DNA of 64,000 nucleotides, taken from positions 1 through 64,000 of the IMG/VR virus record IMGVR_UViG_3300046820_003928; one strand, written 5' to 3'. This document shows positions 39,094 to 47,409 of the stretch, in pieces. Numbering within the stretch: position 1 is the first letter of the stretch; each line of letters starts with the position of its first letter. The notes beneath the pieces were generated by a model. The model was not told where the DNA came from, made no database searches, and was given only the letters and a program-made list of their open reading frames with translations. The stretch comes from a virus. A program made the position numbers and the translations under genes.

Positions 39094-40247
39094 TCTTCTG
39101 ACGCTCCATCAAGATCCGAGAAGTCATCTTGAGGTTCATCGCCAGTTCGCGTAAGAACAACGTCGATTAGAGAATCAAGGTACTCTTTGTATTCTGGATT
39201 CTGTAGAAGCTCTCCAAAGTCTGATTTGTGGAACTTCTTCTCAATGATGGTGTTCCCAGAAGCATCGGTGACTGTAAATGTCTTCCAGGCAGTCGTTCCT
39301 GCAACGCAGATAGTCTTTCCTCCGATGGTCCTCTCTCCAGCATCTCGAAGAACGTCAAAGACCTCCTCGTGCTCAAAGATTCCCTTTCCAAAATGAATCT
39401 GGAAATTGGCAACCCTGAATGGAGGGGCTACTTTGTTCTTCACAGTCTTTGCAGAAACGTTGATTCCAATGATATCTCCGTTCTTGTTCTGGATCTGCTG
39501 ACCTGCGCCCAGCTTGATTCGAACTGAGGCATGGAATGGAATTGCCATTCCACCCGGGACAGTTGTCGGGTCTCCGTGCAGAACACCGATCTTTGTTCTC
39601 GTCTGGTTCAGACAAACCATCAAGACAGACTGGTCACCGATGACACCAGTGATCTTTCGCATGCCCTTCGAGATCGCGCGTGCCTGAAGTCCGATGCTTT
39701 CTTTATCGTAATCCCCTAGAAGCTCTGCCTTCGGAGACGATGCGGCAACGGAGTCCCAGATGATAGTGATGGGAACGTCTTTCTGCATCGCCTTCGCCTT
39801 GACGATCGTCTTCTCAGCAACATCAAAGACTTCTTCAGTACAGTGAGTATCGACGTAGACAAATCGCTTTGAGACGTCAACGCCCAGGGCTCCGAGGTTC
39901 TCAACCGATGTGGCGTTCTCGGTGTCAATATAAACGCAAATTCCTCCCATTCGCTGCGTGGATCGTGCAATCTGTGTCGCGATGTGAGACTTTCCAATAG
40001 AAGGAGGCCCAAAGATCTCGACAATGCGACCTTCGGGCAATCCGCCGTCATGCCTGTTGGATACAATGTAGTCTAGCAGGGTCGAACCCGTTGAGATCCA
40101 CCGCTTTACATGTGTGGGTGATTCATCTTCTGAGAGGTTGTATGCAATTCGTGATCCGTGCTCCTTGTTAAGAGAAGAGATTAGATCAGAGGTAAAGTCG
40201 CCAGAAGCGTCTTCTCCTCTAGTTTTTTCCTTCGCAATTCTTGCCAT
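39090..40247 (-). CDS. recA: RecA/UvsX recombinase
   Basis: ISTGS..LD, GRIVEIFGPPSIGKS, DSVAA, GLQAR, NQ.R, KNKVAPPF. Confidence 0.96.
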   Translation of the reverse strand: MARIAKEKTRGEDASGDFTSDLISSLNKEHGSRIAYNLSEDESPTHVKRWISTGSTLLDYIVSNRHDGGLPEGRIVEIFGPPSIGKSHIATQIARSTQRMGGICVYIDTENATSVENLGALGVDVSKRFVYVDTHCTEEVFDVAEKTIVKAKAMQKDVPITIIWDSVAASSPKAELLGDYDKESIGLQARAISKGMRKITGVIGDQSVLMVCLNQTRTKIGVLHGDPTTVPGGMAIPFHASVRIKLGAGQQIQNKNGDIIGINVSAKTVKNKVAPPFRVANFQIHFGKGIFEHEEVFDVLRDAGERTIGGKTICVAGTTAWKTFTVTDASGNTIIEKKFHKSDFGELLQNPEYKEYLDSLIDVVLTRTGDEPQDDFSDLDGASEE

Positions 40248-40260
40248 TTTTTCTCCTTTT

Positions 40261-40315
40261 AAAAACAGTACGGGCCCGGAGCATGATTTATACCCCGAGC
40301 CCGAAAGACTATCAA
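40261..40315 (-). promoter_or_regulatory. Hairpin/terminator with an embedded sigma70-like promoter upstream of recA
   Basis: CGGGCTCGGGGTAT/ATGCTCCGGGCCCG stem followed by a T-tract; TTGATA-17-TATAAA. Confidence 0.6.
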
Positions 40316-41136
40316 GAATCGATTAGATCATTGAAAGCATCATCAAGGGTCTTGAAAGACTTCTTGGGTGCGCTTGCTGTAGACTTCGTAGTCTGGCTAG
40401 GAGCATCATCGTCGTCTGCAGATAGCGTAGAAGTGCGAGAATCGGATCCTCCGCGTGCTGTTCCATCGCCATCTGTCGGCATACCGCCCTCGACCCAGTC
40501 ATTTACGATCTTGGAGAGCTCATCATATGACTTGAGCTCAAACATCTTGTTCACATCTGGAATATTCTCAATCCACTGCTTGGCAGTTGCAGAAGATGGA
40601 GAAAGCGGGCTTGCCTTGCCACGAGGCATAACCTCAGTTTCAGAGTACTTCTTGCCCTGTGGCTTATAGCACTTAACTTTCACGTCACGACCGCTCTCGG
40701 GATCGGTGATATCACCGTAGTCCTCATCGAGCATGATGCCGAGAAGAGACTGGTAAACCTGCTTACCAAAGCCCCAGATCTGTACTCCCTTGTCTTCCTC
40801 GCCGCGGACGATGACTGCAGCATAGCAGCGCATCTTTGGATAGAGCTTCTTAGCAAGCTCATAGGAATCCTTTGTGCCCTCGTTGCGAAGCTTGGTGATT
40901 AGCTCCTGAATCGGATCAGACTTTCCAAACTGGTTCGGTGTAAGAAGACCCGGGTTGTTTCCGATGTTGTAGTAGAACCAGAGCTCCTTGAACGGCTGAC
41001 CATCATTGTTCGGGAAGGAGAGGAGTCGAACTGTGTACTCCTCGCCCTCCTTAGGCTTCCAGGAGGTGGACGACTTCTTTGTGTTTCCAGACAGATTGTC
41101 GAGACGCTTGCGGATTGCGTCAAAATTAATTGCCAT
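40312..41136 (-). CDS. Single-stranded DNA-binding protein (T4 gp32-like)
   Basis: WKP...VRLL, DPI, V.RGEE..GVQIW.FGK, DITDPESGRD; acidic tail; sits next to recA. Confidence 0.85.
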   Translation of the reverse strand: MAINFDAIRKRLDNLSGNTKKSSTSWKPKEGEEYTVRLLSFPNNDGQPFKELWFYYNIGNNPGLLTPNQFGKSDPIQELITKLRNEGTKDSYELAKKLYPKMRCYAAVIVRGEEDKGVQIWGFGKQVYQSLLGIMLDEDYGDITDPESGRDVKVKCYKPQGKKYSETEVMPRGKASPLSPSSATAKQWIENIPDVNKMFELKSYDELSKIVNDWVEGGMPTDGDGTARGGSDSRTSTLSADDDDAPSQTTKSTASAPKKSFKTLDDAFNDLIDS

Positions 41137-41214
41137 GTTGTTTTTCCTTTAATGTTTAATGTGCAACTTACAATTCTTAAGTCTCAAGATTATTCTTGCG
41201 GCTTGCGTTGTAAG

Positions 41215-41254
41215 CTCACACCCCAATCATAGCCTGGGATGCGAGAGTTTTCAT
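41215..41254 (-). promoter_or_regulatory. Hairpin with an embedded promoter upstream of ssb
   Basis: CTCGCATCCCAG/TTGGGGTGTGAG stem; ATGAAA-17-TATGAT. Confidence 0.55.
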
Positions 41255-42498
41255 GGTTTTGGCTTAAGAGTTTTCGCTGGGTCAACCAGATACTCACTTC
41301 CAGCAACCTTTGCCATGGTATTGTAGAACTTTTTAGGATCTTTGGGACCAGCGAGGGGTCCAGTATATCCTGCGACTGATCCGGCGCCGCTAAACTCATC
41401 AGTCCTGCGACGCTTCTTTCTATTGCGCTTCTCAGCAAGGGGCATCGAATCATCAGGAGATTCAGACTCCTGCTCAAGAGTTGAAATTCTAATGTACACT
41501 AGAGCTAGATTTGCAATTAGATTAGAAAGCTTGTTGAGCTCAGCAGCGTCTTTTCCGGGAATTACTCGACCGAGCATGCTCTCAGCCGATCTCAGAGCCC
41601 CAGAGAGACCGATGGCAGCCTGATAAAACACATCAGCAGTCCCTTCTCCTTCAGGATCAAAGGTTGTGCCCAGTGTTGTTATGCTAGAGAGCACAGCATC
41701 AAGAGCAGAGTCTAGCATTCCAAGACCTATTGTCTCAAGGGGAATTGCAGAAAAAGAGTTTACTAAAAACTCAACACAAAGCGTTGCAATTCTAACCAGT
41801 CTTTCCTTGATGATAGCACGATCAGCAGGAAGTCTTAGAGATAGATCAAGTTCTCCCTTCTGCAGTTTTTCATCGTTTTGTTCGGGAGGTGCAAAGAAAT
41901 CCAGACTTTCTGTCTTTCCCTTTAGCATCTCGCTAAGATCTTCTATTGCTTCATTAACATCTTTGAAGTTGTTGAAGGCGAGATATCCCTTGTAGATATC
42001 TCCTGCAAAAGGTATGAAAGAAGTCCCTGCTCCAAGAGCACCCCTTTCGAGGTCTGATGCATCTTCTCCCTTTGCAACCCTAAGCAGTCCCTTTCCAAAA
42101 TCTTTAATATCTTCAAGAGAAAACTCAAAGAGCTTGTATCGCTCTCCAATTTCCTCATTTGTCATATTGAGCGTCTCATTAAGAGGCGTTGTGTGAAGAT
42201 ATCTCTTCATATTTCCCAGCTTTCTAGGTAAATATCTTCGATCCGATGTTTTTCTGCTTACGATTGACCCAACGTTGATCTGATCCTCGGGCATCTCCTC
42301 ATCAACGTTGTGTCTACCCATCGAGATCGACGCCATTGTATCTGCTGACGTGCTCATACCGCCAGTCGATCTAAACGGTTTTGGAACAAAGGGTCTTGCA
42401 AGTCGTGTAAGCGCAGTGTCAGCACCCCCAAAACCGCCCGCGGCTGGAGGTGCTGTCCCACGACCTGATCTTTCTGTTCCGTCTGGTTTTCTGCTCAC
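41251..42498 (-). CDS. Hypothetical protein, probably virion-associated
   Basis: 415 aa; AATAATTA 5 nt upstream; DEFSGAGSVAGYTGPL motif. Confidence 0.75.
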   Translation of the reverse strand: MSRKPDGTERSGRGTAPPAAGGFGGADTALTRLARPFVPKPFRSTGGMSTSADTMASISMGRHNVDEEMPEDQINVGSIVSRKTSDRRYLPRKLGNMKRYLHTTPLNETLNMTNEEIGERYKLFEFSLEDIKDFGKGLLRVAKGEDASDLERGALGAGTSFIPFAGDIYKGYLAFNNFKDVNEAIEDLSEMLKGKTESLDFFAPPEQNDEKLQKGELDLSLRLPADRAIIKERLVRIATLCVEFLVNSFSAIPLETIGLGMLDSALDAVLSSITTLGTTFDPEGEGTADVFYQAAIGLSGALRSAESMLGRVIPGKDAAELNKLSNLIANLALVYIRISTLEQESESPDDSMPLAEKRNRKKRRRTDEFSGAGSVAGYTGPLAGPKDPKKFYNTMAKVAGSEYLVDPAKTLKPKP

Positions 42499-42502
42499 AT
42501 TT

Positions 42503-43105
42503 CTAATTATTCTCTGGCCCGCACGAATCTTGCATTCCTGTGATCTTTAGTGCTGTCTGAAGAAGCGCCATAAGCGGGATCTCGTGGCCGACATAAAACT
42601 TTCCTTCCTCGAAGGCAGTCGGCTGTGACACAATTGCCATCCACTCGTCCTGCGTTAGTTTCACTCCAGCAGACTGCAAAAGATATAGACCTCTATGCGG
42701 ATGAGTCATCCGTCTGATATCTGGATTATAGACGTAATTGATTCCTCTCTCCAGGTGCCAAGACGACGTCTGAGGCAGATAGTAATCGCCAATATCATCT
42801 CCAATTCTTCCGATATCGTGAAGTAGAGAGACTACAATCACAGATTCGATATCGATCTCTTTCTCAGAAAAAGCAGGAAGTCTACAGATCTCACGTGCAT
42901 TTGCAAATGTCTGCAAGCTCCTCTTGACAAGGCCTCCCGGGACCGCTGCGTGCTTATTATTTCGATCGTGTCCAGGAGCAGTTGCGATCCTGTCTCCGTA
43001 TGTGTCAAGAAGCACCTCAAGAGAGCCCCTGCGACTCTCAACCTTTAGAAGCAGCTTCTTAAACTTCTCAAAGTTGTCAAAGATCTCACTTTCACTCATC
43101 TCCAA
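42503..43105 (-). CDS. HD-domain protein, degenerate
   Basis: H.A.PGGLV.RSL and LLHDIG; the first His and last Asp of the HD signature appear substituted. Confidence 0.75.
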   Translation of the reverse strand: MEMSESEIFDNFEKFKKLLLKVESRRGSLEVLLDTYGDRIATAPGHDRNNKHAAVPGGLVKRSLQTFANAREICRLPAFSEKEIDIESVIVVSLLHDIGRIGDDIGDYYLPQTSSWHLERGINYVYNPDIRRMTHPHRGLYLLQSAGVKLTQDEWMAIVSQPTAFEEGKFYVGHEIPLMALLQTALKITGMQDSCGPENN

Positions 43106-44225
43106 ACCTCCTCATCTTGACTGGAAAAATTCTGTCGATAATATCGATGTTCAGACCTGATTTACAGATTGATTCAATCTCTGGGATTGCGTGCTTTTTT
43201 ACATCAAGCACAATCGCATCGTGGATGAGAAAGACCGGCTTTGCAATCTCTGCATCCAGATTCTTGACAAGTCCTAAAAATCCGCTGCAAGCAACATCGA
43301 CCGCGGATGACTGGACGTGGTGACTGATTCTTGCACTTGTCTCTCCTAGCGGTCGACCGAATGAGTTTGAGAAATCTTGCATCTCTCGAAGTCTATCATC
43401 GAGCTGCTTGACTCGCATTAGCCTTCGAATGGCCTCGTAGATCTCAACGGCATCGGGTGTGTCCTGGTATCTAAGGGCGAAGTTTCTTTTTGACATGCCG
43501 TAGATTGCAGATAGCGTCGCCTCTTTGATTACAGCACGCGGCGTATCGACAAATCCTGCCTCTTTTCCGATCCATGTGTATGCGTCATCATCTCCGATAT
43601 CGTTTCCGGATATCCAACCAAGGACGCGTGCTTCAAGACCGTTAAAGTCAATCTCGATAAGTTCGCCGTCGTCCCATCGAGATCTTATTTTTTTCCTAAG
43701 ATCTCGTTGCAAGGTCAGGATGCGAGGTCCCTCCTTGATGGACATTCGACCTGTAGCGGAGTGAACGTTATCATATTTGGGAACATCAACTGTTCTGTCT
43801 TCCTTTGGAACAAATCCATGCTCTGCAAGCGATCCATCACGAACAGCAGACCTGCAAAGCGAGTCAAGGAGTTCCTGCTGGATCTGGAAAGCGCCAGTGA
43901 AATACCCATGCTTCTCGTCTAAAAGAAAGGATGTGACTTGATCAACTTGATCTCGAAGGTGAGCTCCAAACAACTCGCGAGATAGTATCTTGTGCCACGC
44001 TGGGTGCTGCGTGTGCTTGGTCCAGAACCTCGCCTGTGGTGCACTAGGTGCAACAATAGCGTTTAATCCTGCAGCTTCTGACGCTGAGATTACGCATCCT
44101 CGGCGCTGCTGGAGGTCTGAGAGGTGCCAATCAAAGCTTCCTAGATCACCAACGATCAGTGATCCGTCTTCCCAGATAAAATCATGCTTTGCGCCTGTCT
44201 TTTTGTGTGAAAAGTAAATACGCAC
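43092..44225 (-). CDS. Minimal family A (PolA-like) polymerase domain
   Basis: TGRMS, motif A IDFNGLEARVL, motif B R..IK...L..IYG, VQSSAVD, motif C IHDAI. Confidence 0.82.
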   Translation of the reverse strand: MRIYFSHKKTGAKHDFIWEDGSLIVGDLGSFDWHLSDLQQRRGCVISASEAAGLNAIVAPSAPQARFWTKHTQHPAWHKILSRELFGAHLRDQVDQVTSFLLDEKHGYFTGAFQIQQELLDSLCRSAVRDGSLAEHGFVPKEDRTVDVPKYDNVHSATGRMSIKEGPRILTLQRDLRKKIRSRWDDGELIEIDFNGLEARVLGWISGNDIGDDDAYTWIGKEAGFVDTPRAVIKEATLSAIYGMSKRNFALRYQDTPDAVEIYEAIRRLMRVKQLDDRLREMQDFSNSFGRPLGETSARISHHVQSSAVDVACSGFLGLVKNLDAEIAKPVFLIHDAIVLDVKKHAIPEIESICKSGLNIDIIDRIFPVKMRRFGDE

Positions 44226-44255
44226 AACAAACCATAAGCTCGGTATGATTTGTTT

Positions 44256-47111
44256 TCATGGGATGCCTGTCTTATTTTGGCTCTTTTCGAGCAGAGTCAC
44301 TAGTTCGTTAATCTGTCGCGATGCAGTTCGAACGGTTGCAGAGTTGACTGGAATCATCGTTGCAGTGGTCGTGAAAGAACCTGGGCGAATGGTATGCGTA
44401 ACGCCCTGAACTGCATAGGAGTTGTCGACTGTGGTTCCTGTCGAGAAGTCAACATAGTAGATCTGACCGCGTGACATGCAGACATTTCCCAGCATGTTGA
44501 GTGTCACTGTTGATGGAATGATGATGACATCATCTGCAAGATCACCAGAAGATGTGTCTCCAAGCACAGAGCTTGCACTTCCTCCATCGAGTGCAGTGAG
44601 AAGATAGGATGAGGCGATCTCACCCGAAGGAGAGGACGAGAAGTTGGCTGATGTGACGCAAGATCCATCGGTTCCAACTGTAATAGTTGGATACATCTTC
44701 GAAGCAAGCTCCCTGAATGCTTGCTTGCTTTTGAATCCATAGACTGTTTCTTCACCAGCTATCTGGCTGTTGTTTGTTTTGATTTTATTTAATAGCTCTG
44801 CGCTTAGCGTCTCGCTAGCACCGCCCAGGACAGACGCAAGCCCGTTTGTGTTTGCCATCCCAAAGATCAGATTTCCTAGATCATTGTGACCTCCTGCTCT
44901 TTCGTCATAGATGACAATCCGGATGATGTTCTTGTCTGCTCTTCCCTTTTCATTAGAATTCGAATATGCTCCGAGTGTGTCCATCTGCATCTTAACACGA
45001 GCAGGTATGAATGCTGTGTCGCTGGTGATGTTCTTTTCTCGGAGAATAGCCCTGTTTAGCTCTTCTATTTTTTCATTTGAGGATTTAACCAATGTATCGA
45101 TTTGCTTTTGCGCGCCCTCTTTTGCGTTCTTCTGTGTGTCCTCTTCCTCGCTTGCAAGTTTAGCTGCATCCTGTCTGTATTGTTCTCGGATTGCCTCCAC
45201 AGCCGCACTAAGCCGCTCTGTCTCAGCGCTAAATCCGTAATACCTGGATCCTGGGCTGTTCACCTGCGCAAGAATCTTGTTAAGAGCTGTCTGGGCAGAG
45301 GATCGTGTGTTAAGCCCAGACTTTTTCAGCTTGTTTTCGTCAGACCTCTCTTCTAGAAGATCACTTATCACAATTGGAAAATTTCCAATGTTCTCTCCAG
45401 ACATGACGCCACACGATTTGTTGAATGAGAAGCAGTGGATCCTAACCTCATCTATATCCGGCAAAGTGAGAAGCAGAGGCTTGGCAACAAGCTGAGCCAC
45501 AGCAGTCACAAGTGGAACAGCGTTCACTGACTGAGATCCCGATGCTGGGAGTAGACCCGCATCTTTGTTTATAGCGGCTATCTTTTGTCTAATATCATAG
45601 TTTGAAACAAACTGTGTCTCAGAGTTGAACACGAAGGGTTCTATGTTTATGCCATACTCTAGTGACCCGCTGGGGTCAGCAATAAATTTGAGAGCAGACT
45701 TTAGATGATCTGATGTCTCAAGGGTGACACCTTTGCCGTCTATACTCACTAGTTGCTCAATGATTGCATCTATTTTTTCATTGTCAGGCGTGGTGCCTTT
45801 TGCAGTCTCTTCTACTTTTTTTACAAGATCATAGAAAGCAGAGACAGGAATAAACTTGTTTGATGTGGTCCCATTTGATGTGCTGGCAACGATGGAAGTT
45901 CCAACCTTGCCGGGATTATATGTGACAGTTGTGGGTGCATTTTTACCTGTAGAGCTTCCGGAATTTCTCTTCGTTGTCACATTGACAAACTGTTTTAGAA
46001 GCGTCTGAATGACAGAATATGGAAGATATTCACCACCTGCAGTCACGACTGAGGCGCTCTTTGCAACATAGCTACTCTTTGAGACGAGACTAAGATTGAT
46101 CTTGAGAGAGGACGTGTCTCTTGTTGAGACCGACACTGAGTAGAGAGCAAACTGCTGCTTTGATCTCATCGCATTAAGCAGTTTTGCGAAGGCACCGCCC
46201 GTCATCTTGTTTGTGTCTGGATGTGCCCATCCGTATTCTATCTGAAACGTAAGTGCTGGGAAGACCTCGACAGAGACCAGCTGCTCGATGTCCGAAAGTC
46301 GAGACCTGTCATGCAGGATAATGCTAAGATCGACCTTTGTCTGAGCATATAGAGACCCACCGATTCCTGTTTGTTGGATATTGGCACTCTCAATTGTCAT
46401 CAGCGGGACGAGCGGGTCAAGAACTTCCAGACCTCGATCAGCAAGAAGCTCTGGGCTGTTAAGCTGCGCCTTGTCGCCAGCAAGTGTCTGCGGCATACAA
46501 AAGATCTCCATTCCCGCCACGTCGAAACCGATCAGGCTGTTCGTCTCCAGACTGTTGCTTGAATCAAACCGCTTCTGCTTTTCTGAGCTAAGTCCGACAA
46601 ATCTAAACGGACTAAGTGCTCCAACCCCTGATCCCCCGGTTGGATAGACGATCTTGACATCAAAATAGGGGACGCAGAGAGACATCTCGACAGGAGGAAC
46701 AAGGCCGCAAAACAGCGCTGAGACGTCTGTCTGCGTGGCAGAAAAATCAACTTTTGCGTCAGCTCGATGATAGACAACTGATATTTCTTTTGTACGTTTT
46801 AGCACGCTTTCCGGAATTGCGTAATTCTCTATCGACAGACTAGCACCCTGACCAGGTTCTTCCTGGATGGCTTCGAGTTCTGTTTGAAGTGCGCTGTAAG
46901 TTGGAATGTTCTCTGAGTTTCCTAGCATCTTCTGACACAGGGCAGAATCAAACGAGCTTTGTGGGCTAGCCAGACCGAGAGCTGTGATCTGTGCCTGGGA
47001 AATCTCTTCTTGTGTCGCAAAAGAGACGTACCGCAGAAGGTTATCTGCAGCTTCCCGAAGTTCAGTTAGAGACTCAACTGTGATCGCAGGTGTCGTGATT
47101 GACTGCGGCAT
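44256..47111 (-). CDS. Baseplate hub-like tail protein
   Basis: 951 aa in the tail cluster; C-terminal TLNMLGN...GQ......Y.VQGVTHTI..GSFTT typical of hub proteins. Confidence 0.6.
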   Translation of the reverse strand: MPQSITTPAITVESLTELREAADNLLRYVSFATQEEISQAQITALGLASPQSSFDSALCQKMLGNSENIPTYSALQTELEAIQEEPGQGASLSIENYAIPESVLKRTKEISVVYHRADAKVDFSATQTDVSALFCGLVPPVEMSLCVPYFDVKIVYPTGGSGVGALSPFRFVGLSSEKQKRFDSSNSLETNSLIGFDVAGMEIFCMPQTLAGDKAQLNSPELLADRGLEVLDPLVPLMTIESANIQQTGIGGSLYAQTKVDLSIILHDRSRLSDIEQLVSVEVFPALTFQIEYGWAHPDTNKMTGGAFAKLLNAMRSKQQFALYSVSVSTRDTSSLKINLSLVSKSSYVAKSASVVTAGGEYLPYSVIQTLLKQFVNVTTKRNSGSSTGKNAPTTVTYNPGKVGTSIVASTSNGTTSNKFIPVSAFYDLVKKVEETAKGTTPDNEKIDAIIEQLVSIDGKGVTLETSDHLKSALKFIADPSGSLEYGINIEPFVFNSETQFVSNYDIRQKIAAINKDAGLLPASGSQSVNAVPLVTAVAQLVAKPLLLTLPDIDEVRIHCFSFNKSCGVMSGENIGNFPIVISDLLEERSDENKLKKSGLNTRSSAQTALNKILAQVNSPGSRYYGFSAETERLSAAVEAIREQYRQDAAKLASEEEDTQKNAKEGAQKQIDTLVKSSNEKIEELNRAILREKNITSDTAFIPARVKMQMDTLGAYSNSNEKGRADKNIIRIVIYDERAGGHNDLGNLIFGMANTNGLASVLGGASETLSAELLNKIKTNNSQIAGEETVYGFKSKQAFRELASKMYPTITVGTDGSCVTSANFSSSPSGEIASSYLLTALDGGSASSVLGDTSSGDLADDVIIIPSTVTLNMLGNVCMSRGQIYYVDFSTGTTVDNSYAVQGVTHTIRPGSFTTTATMIPVNSATVRTASRQINELVTLLEKSQNKTGIP

Positions 47112-47114
47112 TCT

Positions 47115-47408
47115 CTACCTCAGAAGCTCATAGACTTGATTTAGATCTGACGGTACATTCAAGACAGTGTCTCTTGGGCACTGGAGGTTCCATCCTATCC
47201 CGGATGCAGCAGCGATCACCCACCAGAGCGTAGAGTCGCTGTATGTCTGACCTGCAATTGTGTCAAGTCGACGTCCCTCTACAAGTCTAATCGTGTTGTA
47301 TCTTATCCTGTTCTGCTGTACAGCAAAGTAGATCCTTGAGCTGATGTCGGTCGTGGAGATCTTTTCTCCGTTTATCCTTGGGACGAATGCGTATCGGCTC
47401 GTTGCCAT
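47115..47408 (-). CDS. LysM-like baseplate wedge protein (T4 gp53/P2 gpX-like)
   Basis: RLDTIAGQTYSDSTLWWVIAAAS...L.VP. Confidence 0.8.
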   Translation of the reverse strand: MATSRYAFVPRINGEKISTTDISSRIYFAVQQNRIRYNTIRLVEGRRLDTIAGQTYSDSTLWWVIAAASGIGWNLQCPRDTVLNVPSDLNQVYELLR

Positions 47409-47409
47409 C

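Noticed and set aside
42503-44225. HD plus PolA pair as a 2-aminoadenine (DatZ/DpoZ) system
   Set aside because: No PurZ in the window, the HD ligands are degenerate, and the polymerase lacks the exonuclease domain
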